A DNA stretch of 64,000 nt. It comes from Candidatus Berkelbacteria bacterium (GTDB lineage Bacteria > Patescibacteriota > UBA1384 > XYA2-FULL-43-10 > CAINNR01). The stretch is from positions 3,717 to 67,716 of the forward strand of contig JBAXAF010000003.1 of assembly GCA_037142675.1 (NCBI GenBank), written 5' to 3'. The notes beneath the pieces are model-generated. The model was not told the origin of the DNA. It was given only the letters and a program-made list of their open reading frames with translations, and made no database searches. Shown here piece by piece: positions 39,749 to 47,501 of the stretch (the stretch's first letter is position 1; each line of letters begins with the position of its first letter). Both the position numbers and the translations under genes were made by a program.

Positions 39749-40996
39749 TTGAAGCAACTAAAAATTTCGGAATTAAATAAATTAATTTCTAACCAGGTTA
39801 ACAATCTGGTCAATTTGGAAGTAGAAGGTGAAATATCTGAGTGGAAGATGTTTGGTGGTAAAACATTTTACTTCAAGTTGAAAGACGAAAAATCATCCGT
39901 CTCAGCGATGACAAATATCTTTCAGTTATCTAATTGGAGGGATTTCGAAGAAGGAATGCTTGTTAGGACGACAATTTCTGTTAAGTTTAACCAATCAAAG
40001 GGCAATCTCTATGCTTGGGTTGAAGAGATGGCCCCATCAGGAGAAGGCGCTCTTAAAATCGCAATTGAAAAATTAAAAAAGCGGCTCCTTGCAGAGGGAT
40101 TATTTTCGCAAGAAAGAAAAAGATCTTTGGTCCGGTACCCCCATAAAATTGGATTAATTACTTCTCGTGATGGAGATGCCATCAAAGACTTTAAAAAGAT
40201 TATTAATGCCAGAGCAGGAGGATTGGAAATATTTTTTTACCCAGTAAGGGTTGAGGGGAAAGATTCGGTCAGGGAAATAACTGAAGCATTTACTTTTTTC
40301 AATAATTTCAAGGAATCCTTGGATGCGATTGTGATAATTCGAGGAGGTGGAAGTATCGAGAACCTCCATGCTTTCAATGATGAAAAGACGGCAAGATGTA
40401 TTGCTGGCTCGAGATTCCCTGTTGTCTGCGGGGTAGGACACGAGAATGACATTAGCTTGTGTGACTTATGTGCTGATGTAAGAGCCTCAACTCCTTCAAA
40501 TGCTGCGGAGCTTCTAGTAGAGGACCAAGTTTATACTGTTTCGATAATTAATACATCAATATCTAATATTGGTAAAAACATTAAAATCAAAATTGCTGGG
40601 GATATTCAATATCTGAGCACAATCAATATTCCGATCTCTTCAGCTCTAAAATCAGCGATTGGAAACAAAATGTCACTAATAAGAGAAATTAGTTCCACAC
40701 TCCAATATTTCAAATCAAAGTTTAAAAATATCGAGCAACAAATTAATCAATTCGTCGATTCGATAAAAAGAATAATTTCTTATAAGTTTGACTTGTCTAA
40801 CCAAAGTCTCCGCCAAACATCAGCTTTTCTAAACTCAGTAAGTCCGAAAAATATTATGTCGATGGGTTATTCAGTTGTAAAAGATGAAAAGAGACAGATA
40901 ATTAAGAGTTCCGGCCAATTAAAATTGAATTCAATTATTAATACTTATTTCTACGAAGGCTCTATCCAGGCCAAAGTTGAAAAGAAAGAGGTGTAA
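39749..40996 (+). CDS. xseA: Exodeoxyribonuclease VII large subunit
   Basis: OB fold VEGEIS..YFKLKD, IGLITS..D, RGGGS, GVGHEND....D...DVRASTPS. Confidence 0.93.
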   Translation: MKQLKISELNKLISNQVNNLVNLEVEGEISEWKMFGGKTFYFKLKDEKSSVSAMTNIFQLSNWRDFEEGMLVRTTISVKFNQSKGNLYAWVEEMAPSGEGALKIAIEKLKKRLLAEGLFSQERKRSLVRYPHKIGLITSRDGDAIKDFKKIINARAGGLEIFFYPVRVEGKDSVREITEAFTFFNNFKESLDAIVIIRGGGSIENLHAFNDEKTARCIAGSRFPVVCGVGHENDISLCDLCADVRASTPSNAAELLVEDQVYTVSIINTSISNIGKNIKIKIAGDIQYLSTINIPISSALKSAIGNKMSLIREISSTLQYFKSKFKNIEQQINQFVDSIKRIISYKFDLSNQSLRQTSAFLNSVSPKNIMSMGYSVVKDEKRQIIKSSGQLKLNSIINTYFYEGSIQAKVEKKEV

Positions 40997-41203
40997 ATGC
41001 CAGAAGAAAATAGTTTTGCTAGCAAAATGGAGGAATTAGAAAAAATTAAGGCGAAGTTTGAATCAGGAAACTTCGATCTCGAGAAAGATTTGCCCTTATA
41101 CAAAAAAGCTGTCGCATTAGCAAAGGAGCTCAAAGGTCACCTTAAGAAAATTGAAAATGAAATTATTGAAATTGAGCAAAAAGATTCTGACTTGGTAGAG
41201 TAA
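40997..41203 (+). CDS. xseB: Exodeoxyribonuclease VII small subunit
   Basis: SFASKMEELEKI..ESGNFDLE..LYKKAVAL pattern, abuts xseA. Confidence 0.88.
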   Translation: MPEENSFASKMEELEKIKAKFESGNFDLEKDLPLYKKAVALAKELKGHLKKIENEIIEIEQKDSDLVE

Positions 41204-41204
41204 G

Positions 41205-41233
41205 TTGAAAAAAGACTCATTTTTTGAGATAAT
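41205..41233 (+). promoter_or_regulatory. Putative sigma70 promoter after xseB
   Basis: TTGAAA-17 bp-GATAAT with extended -10 TG. Confidence 0.55.
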
Positions 41234-41239
41234 TAGCTC

Positions 41240-41408
41240 GTTAATTATACAATTTGTTACGCCTAAACTTTAATGAAAATTAAGGCATGGCGTTAAAACC
41301 ACATGAATAGAGATGGTCTTATGACTTGCATCATTCATGTGGTGTACGCCGGAAACGGTGTATGGAGCCCCGAAAGGGATACTTCGCTAGCTCATAAGGC
41401 CTTTTTTG
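41240..41408 (+). ncRNA. Unclassified structured RNA (small RNA or regulatory leader)
   Basis: Three GAAA-capped hairpins, two interleaved 10-bp helices and a terminal U-tract. Confidence 0.6.
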
Positions 41409-41581
41409 TATCTTTGGGGGCAACCACCGACAAAAGTTTAGTTCTGTCTGCAAAAACACTTAAAAATGTATCAATTTGTCTCTTGATTGTTCAATTTTGT
41501 CTAACAATCTTAAAATTAGTTAATGCTGGAATGAATAAAAATATTCAATAATGCCAATAAAATGGTAGACAAGGTCAAATC

Positions 41582-41743
41582 ATGAAGAAAAATTATTGGG
41601 TTGTCGGGATTGCTACTCTAGTTCTAATTGCTGGTTGGTTTTACTGGTTTCAATTGAGACCAAGTAACGTCAGAAAAGACTGCAGTATGTGGAAAATAGA
41701 CAGAGAGTATCAGCAATGCCTGAGGGAACGAGGCATAAAGTGA
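41582..41743 (+). CDS. Small membrane-anchored protein (53 aa, not in ORF track)
   Basis: MKKNYWVVGIATLVLIAGWFYWFQLRPSNVRKDC..YQQCLRERGIK; GTGA overlap with next gene. Confidence 0.7.
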   Translation: MKKNYWVVGIATLVLIAGWFYWFQLRPSNVRKDCSMWKIDREYQQCLRERGIK

Positions 41744-42225
41744 AAAAACTGAGCTTAAAAAATATATATAGCAATTACAATTTCAGAGTAGTTTTTATAT
41801 TACTAACAGTCACTTTGACCATATATTTGCTGGCGAGTGCTTATGTAAAATATTTTGAGGTTGAAGAGATAGGTCATCAACATGAAAAAAATAGTTATTC
41901 AGTTCACTACTTGATTAATATTTTTCCAGAGGTTTCAGATCAACCACTGGTTGTTGACGAGATGCCCATAGTGTCTGATACAGAAAAACAGAGAGCAATA
42001 GGCTTCATTGTTAGAGATTGCGAAGAAAGTGTCTGTCCGCTTTATAGACTGATAACTGCGGAGCTGCCGTCTGGTGAAGTTATAAATTTCCAAGGAAAAA
42101 CAGGTAGTGGTGCTGTTGAATGTTACCTGAATGAATCACTAGATTTCCAATCAAAAGATGTATGTCTCGATACTAATGGCAAGGGCTGGGGGGTTCAATT
42201 AATTGAAAAGTCGACAATTAAATGA
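41740..42225 (+). CDS. Membrane-anchored hypothetical protein
   Basis: GTG start overlapping previous stop, TM helix, four Cys in the distal domain. Confidence 0.65.
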   Translation: MKKLSLKNIYSNYNFRVVFILLTVTLTIYLLASAYVKYFEVEEIGHQHEKNSYSVHYLINIFPEVSDQPLVVDEMPIVSDTEKQRAIGFIVRDCEESVCPLYRLITAELPSGEVINFQGKTGSGAVECYLNESLDFQSKDVCLDTNGKGWGVQLIEKSTIK

Positions 42226-43028
42226 GCAAACTCCAAGAGAGTAATTTTATAAAAATGTTTGGCGGCAGAACTTTTTCTTCCGAGGAAGAAATGGAAGCTT
42301 TTGTTGTTGCTAAATTGCCAAGTATTTTAGAGGTTGGAGATGGTTTTGTTGTACAACAAGATTACGCGACTGGCACCAGCGGACTACATAGCAAAAGAGC
42401 TGATATTGTCATCAAAAATTCCAGGGGAGATATTCTAGTTGTTTTTGAACTGAAAAGGAGTTACTGGCTCCGATTTGGAGATCAACGGAATAATGCGAAA
42501 CAGCAACTAATGGACTACTGCCAAAGGTTCGGTGCTCCTTATGGGGTGATACTATCTGAAAAGTATTGCTACATAATGGCCATCCACCCTGACGGTGCTT
42601 GCAAGCAAGTGTCAGCCTTACCGCCAATTCAAGAGATACAACCACGCCAGGCTATCAATTTTGGGCCTGAGATTAACAAAGCCCAAAGACAAATTTCTGT
42701 TTCGGCTGAGGCTGCCAGTCGGGAGATCCATCAGGGAATTGATGATCAAGCCAGGAAGGCCCTGAAAAAATACACGATTATTGGGATTACTCTTGTGATT
42801 CTGTTCTTCGCTGGTCTGGCTGTTTGGACTTATCAAACCAAAATGTTCACCTGTGAAAATATCAAAGGTAATATGTCCATGACTAACGGCCAGACGTCAA
42901 AGATCTACCATACAAGGGAGAGCAATTTTTATGACAAGGTAAAGATTGATACTGCTCAGGGAGATAAGGTCTTCTGCAGTGAAGCTGATGCCTTGAATGC
43001 TGGGTTTCGAAAGGCTATCAACAAGTAG
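42222..43028 (+). CDS. PD-(D/E)xK (HsdR-N-like) nuclease-TM-IKGN/YH/FCSE domain protein
   Basis: SEEE..RADIVI..VFELKR..QLMDY; TM helix; CENIKGN..KIYH..FYD..FCSEADALNAGFRKA. Confidence 0.72.
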   Translation: MSKLQESNFIKMFGGRTFSSEEEMEAFVVAKLPSILEVGDGFVVQQDYATGTSGLHSKRADIVIKNSRGDILVVFELKRSYWLRFGDQRNNAKQQLMDYCQRFGAPYGVILSEKYCYIMAIHPDGACKQVSALPPIQEIQPRQAINFGPEINKAQRQISVSAEAASREIHQGIDDQARKALKKYTIIGITLVILFFAGLAVWTYQTKMFTCENIKGNMSMTNGQTSKIYHTRESNFYDKVKIDTAQGDKVFCSEADALNAGFRKAINK

Positions 43029-43152
43029 ATCAAATAATTCTAGCATTTATAGCTATAGCTTAAAATTACAGAGCTTTGCCGGTGATCTCGCAGAAGACTG
43101 GAAAAATTGGCGAAGAATAAATTTAACAGCATTAAATTGGTAGGAGTTCAAA

Positions 43153-43311
43153 ATGGTTTTCTTTATTATCTGGGTTGTAGCACTAGCTTTCATTTTGCCT
43201 GATAGCTGGGGTTGGGTGAATTATTTGTTAGGACCAATTTTGGCAATACCACTCGCTTATTTAACAGGTCTAACAATAGGATCATTATTTGCTAAATTTG
43301 ATAAAAAATGA
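43153..43311 (+). CDS. Small two-TM protein (52 aa, not in ORF track)
   Basis: AGGAG SD; MVFFIIWVVALAFILPDSWGWVNYLLGPILAIPLAYLTGLTIGSLFAKFDKK; ATGA overlap. Confidence 0.65.
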   Translation: MVFFIIWVVALAFILPDSWGWVNYLLGPILAIPLAYLTGLTIGSLFAKFDKK

Positions 43312-43775
43312 CAATACACCTAGGGAAACCTGATTACAAATGCTCAAAATGCGGTGAGATTTTTTTCCCGTATAAGATTGATATTGAATGTCCTAATTGC
43401 GGAATAACTATTCCAAGCAGTGAAGCTAAAAATTATTTTGATTCAATCAAGGAAATAGCCAAGTCAATGAAGATACATAAATGCCTATACGGTAGGTTCG
43501 TTCCATGGTCTTGGTCTTATGCCAACACGGGAGACCATATTCAGGATTTACTCTTCCAACTTTTTGATTTACTTGAAGCTAAAAAACCAAAGAATGAAGA
43601 GAAATTTATAACTGAGACACTTGAAAACGATTTTGACTGGGGCGACAAGGAATATTTAAAAAAACATATTGGAAATATAGCCGTAGACCTTTTGCCTATT
43701 TATAATGGAATGATAAAAAACATCTCAGCCAAAGAAAAATTAAAAATAAATGATTCATACGGCATTCCATTTTAG
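43308..43775 (+). CDS. Zinc-ribbon hypothetical protein
   Basis: CSKCG..CPNCG N-terminus, 155 aa. Confidence 0.7.
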   Translation: MTIHLGKPDYKCSKCGEIFFPYKIDIECPNCGITIPSSEAKNYFDSIKEIAKSMKIHKCLYGRFVPWSWSYANTGDHIQDLLFQLFDLLEAKKPKNEEKFITETLENDFDWGDKEYLKKHIGNIAVDLLPIYNGMIKNISAKEKLKINDSYGIPF

Positions 43776-43790
43776 TTCCAAGAAGAATCA

Positions 43791-43886
43791 TCACACAGCA
43801 AAACTTTTAATTCGCATCTCTGGGATATAGACAAGTTCTTTTGATTCCATTATAATAGTTCTGACACGCAATACTGCGTTCCACCA
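43791..43886 (-). other. Displaced C-terminal coding segment of the integrase (attR side)
   Basis: From the core, minus strand reads WWNAVLRVRTIIMESKELVYIPEMRIKSFAV*, in frame with the WW codons of the integrase. Confidence 0.6.
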
Positions 43887-43947
43887 AGAATGGGTTGTAA
43901 AGGCTAAGACGTCCCAATGGGTCGGGATCCCGTTGGTGTGGGACAAG

Positions 43948-43964
43948 TCCAGTACGGCCCACCA
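43948..43964 (+). repeat. Degenerate copy of the tRNA-Ala 3' end
   Basis: TCCAGTACGGCCCACCA vs TCCAGTACGGTCCACCA at 30000-30016 (16/17). Confidence 0.8.
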
Positions 43965-44208
43965 TGAAAAGTTCGTCATTTATGATGAGCTTTTTTGGTG
44001 GATAGGTCTGATAGAAAAAGATTTATTAATTTTAACGCCTCAATGGATTAAGCCGTAAAAAGACTTTATCGCTAAACTCGTACCTAGTTGGGGAGTGTCT
44101 CTGGAGGGATTTAGGCGGACGATTTGCATACCAACTTGGGCGAGACAAATTTAAGTGCATTACTACAAGTAAGGTATAATTAATATAAATCAAGAAAAAA
44201 CTAATTTT

Positions 44209-44754
44209 ATGAAGCGGCAAATAAATTTACATAAGAGGTTTTTGTTAATTCTCGCGATTGCATGCACATGTATTGCAATATCTATTTTCTATGGTAAAAA
44301 TGAGGCAAGTAAAACCTTAAACCAAGAAACTGTTAACCGTGTCGATTTTTCGCTGGAAATTCCCAAGCTCAGTATTGTCGTCCCAGTAATAACTGGAATT
44401 GATCCAGCCAAGAAGGATATTTACAACGAAGCCTTAACAAGCGGAGTCGCACACATGAATGGTATGTCCTTTCCAGGGCAGGGAGGTAATGTTTTTATCT
44501 ACGGGCATTCCTCGGCAGAAAAAGCAAGTAAGTATCAAAAGGTTTTTGCTAATCTCTCAAATTTGGATAATGGTGATCTGTTAATTTTAAACTACAGAGG
44601 AATAGGATATAATTACACTGTAAAGGAAAAGAAGATCGTCGAAAAGGATGATTTTTCAGTATTGGACAAAACAGATCATGAACAGCTGTCATTGATGACT
44701 TGCTGGCCAATTGGTACAAACGAAAAGCGTCTAATTGTCGTGGCTGACTTGTAA
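44209..44754 (+). CDS. Sortase
   Basis: TM; GNVFIYGHSS, LSLMTCWPIG..KR. Confidence 0.88.
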   Translation: MKRQINLHKRFLLILAIACTCIAISIFYGKNEASKTLNQETVNRVDFSLEIPKLSIVVPVITGIDPAKKDIYNEALTSGVAHMNGMSFPGQGGNVFIYGHSSAEKASKYQKVFANLSNLDNGDLLILNYRGIGYNYTVKEKKIVEKDDFSVLDKTDHEQLSLMTCWPIGTNEKRLIVVADL

Positions 44755-44769
44755 AAACAGGAGGAAATT

Positions 44770-47253
44770 TTGAAGAAGGTAATATTGTATTTAGTTGCGA
44801 CATTTTTATGTTTCGGTATTTATCTGATTTCGGCAAAAGCATCGGTTAGTTTCAGTGCTACATTCGATAGCGGATTTGACGCAGACTCAGGAGCTGACAA
44901 GACAGCTTTTACTGACGGATCACTTCCTTCTCTTGTGACTGGGTATGGCGGGACTGGCCAGGCGATTAAAAATACCTTTGGAACGACCCTTAAGTACAAG
45001 ACCAGCAATCTAAACAGCCAAAAAGATTCTATCTCTTTTAAATTTCAACTCCCATTTGATCTAAAAACAGACAAGGACATCGGAAGAATCGGTGGTAGTA
45101 GCTCACACATAGATGTGAGCGAGACTTCGGGCTACACGTATATTGCTGATTTTGTCGCCGAACAGATAATCAGAACTAAAATTGATGGAACTGGCTGGAA
45201 GAGGCTCGGCGATTATGGCACAAGCGGTGATGGAAAATTTAACTTTTGCTGGCGTGGGGATGTTAGCGTGGACTCAAGAGACGAAACCTTATATATTACC
45301 GACTCATGTAACAAGAGAATTATTAAAACAAAAATGGATGGCTCCGATTGGCAAGCATATCCTATTGGTGCTTACAGTCCGGCACAAATTTTTTATGATA
45401 AGGTCTCTGATGAAATATATTTTTATGATGAAGGTGGGGATCAGGTAGTAAGCACAAAATTTGGTTCTGACGTTTTTAACGCAGTATCTCTAAGCGGAGT
45501 CTCTGCGTATATGACAGATTTTATATATGATAGCGCCGGAGGATTCATTTACCTTCTGGATGGAGGCGCTTCAAATCTCTCCCGAATCAAAATGGATGGG
45601 AGTGGCCTGGCGGCATTTGGTTCTTCTGGTAGCGGTATTGATGAGTTTGATTCACCTTATGCTCTCGATTACGACGGAACATACTTTTATATTATGGATG
45701 AGTATAATTCTCGCATCGTAAAGACTCAATTTGATGGCACTGGTTGGCAGACCTATGGCAGTCAGGGCCTAGGAGAGGGTAAATTCAATGACGCTACCAG
45801 CATGGCGTATGATGAAAATAGTGGAGATATCTTCGTATTGGATAACCAGGACAGATATACAAACAATTCTCTTTTGATAAAAACCAAAATCGATGGAAGC
45901 AGTTGGCAATCATTTGCTACTCAGGGAGTGGGAAGTATTAATGACCTTGACTCAATGATTTATGACAACAATACCGGCTACTATTATTTTGCAGGTGGGT
46001 ACAATTCAGTAATTAGAACAAAGAAGGACGGAACCGACTGGTCAATAGTTGGTACTCATGGCGACGGGCAAGACCCATTTAGCTTTGGTTACGTCACAGG
46101 TATTGATGTTGATAAGTCTAATTCAGACGTCTACACAATAGATCACTATGCCGATCAGATTTCCAAGTTTAAGATGAACGAAAGTGAGTGGTCTACTTGG
46201 GCGGGACCAATCCCGGGTGGAGGTAGCGATTTTTCAGTACCAAGAGGTATTAGTTTGGATCAGGCAAATAAAATTTTATACGTTGGCGACATGGATCATC
46301 ATAGAATCGTAAAAACTAAAATGGATGGTAGCCTCTGGGAAACATACGGGACCCTTGGAAGCGGTGTCGGGCAATTCAACTACCCGATGAACGTGTACTA
46401 CGACCCAATTACTGAGTATGTTTATGTTTCGGATGACGGTAATCCACGTATCTAAAGGTTCAAAATGGATGGAGGTCCAGTAGGCTGGGAAACACTTAAC
46501 ACATCTGCATATAGTAGCTGGGGGCTAGACTTTGTTGTATTGAAAGGCACCGATTACGTATTAGTTGGTGATTACGCTAATAATAGAATTGTTAAGCAAA
46601 AAATGAATGGCACGGACGTAACCTATATCGATTATTCTCTCTGGGGAAGTGACCTGGGCAATGGTATGACTCCGACTTATTTTGATAGTGATTCTGACAC
46701 TTTATTTTTCTCTGATGCAAGGAACATATACAGAACCACGATAGCTGGAGAGTTGATCGAAACGGTTAGCGGGACTCCAAGTAAAGTCTTGTTTAAAACA
46801 AGTGGATCCAAGCCATTCGAAATAGGTGTTTCTGCTTATTCTGGACAGTTTAGCCTAAGTTTAAACAGTTACAAATTACCAATTTCATATTCACAAGCGA
46901 AATCACTGGCCGCTGGTAGCTGGCATGATATGCATATTAATTACGATCGCTCAACAGGTACTGTCGAGGCGTATTTGGACAGCGAGACGATACCTTTTAT
47001 CACTCAAACTGGGTTAGGTACAGGGTCGGAAATTGGTGACTATTTTTACCTAGGATCTGACCCAACTGACCCCAATAGAACTTTTTCTGGGGCCATAGAC
47101 AATATTCAGTTCGGACTGCCTGATCCAGATAACACTGCCGCTGATCCGGCCGCAAACACAGCTCCTTCAATGTCGATTTTGCCAGAGACCGGACGCGCCA
47201 AAAGGCCAGCTGGTTTACTAAAAAAATTCGTCTTAATGTTCCGAAGTCCATGA
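44770..47253 (+). pseudogene. Secreted NHL-like beta-propeller/LamG-like surface protein with LPETG, split by one in-frame TAA
   Basis: Signal peptide, repeated RIVKTKMDG.GW..YG..GSG..F; 44770..46455 and 46465..47253 share frame across TAA 46453-46455. Confidence 0.75.
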
Positions 47254-47501
47254 TCTATACAGGCAAAACTTGCCAAATGCTACTGGCAATTTCACGATAA
47301 ATATAATTTTGGTAAGCCGTAGTTGGTAATAAACTCGTTAAACTGCCATCGTATAATTAGTCTTGCAAAGATTATTAAAAACTAAAACTTCTCAAGCAAA
47401 AGTTGGAAATCCAGGTCATTTTCTGCTAGAATACACTCATTAGAACGTCAATCCAGATAAGCGAGTGTTCAAATGAAAGTGCTCAAGTCCACCAAAATAT
47501 T

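Larger units (their letters stand above)
30010..43886. mobile_element. Integrative element at tRNA-Ala carrying a large serine recombinase
   Basis: Recombinase overlaps tRNA 3' end; TCCACCA core at 30010-30016 and 43880-43886; accessory cargo; in-frame recombinase tail at right end. Confidence 0.8.

Noticed and set aside
41303-41551. 82-aa ORF after xseB
   Set aside because: No SD or motif; it overlaps the strongly structured RNA and its U-tract. Not fully excluded.
30017-43886. Prophage or retron
   Set aside because: No capsid, terminase, tail or reverse transcriptase genes are recognisable.
43791-43979. Stand-alone 62-aa gene
   Set aside because: Better explained as the displaced integrase tail plus the tRNA remnant read antisense.
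44040-44150. Possible ncRNA upstream of the second sortase
   Set aside because: Only one imperfect stem (CTCGTACCTAGTTGG/CCAACTTGGGCGAG); too weak to call.
46453-46455. Stop-codon reassignment to explain the in-frame stops here and at 29728
   Set aside because: Both are TAA, the common terminator of conserved genes in this window; TGA and TAG also end genes normally.
47260-47500. T-box leader for leuS
   Set aside because: No TGGNACCGCG T-box consensus seen.
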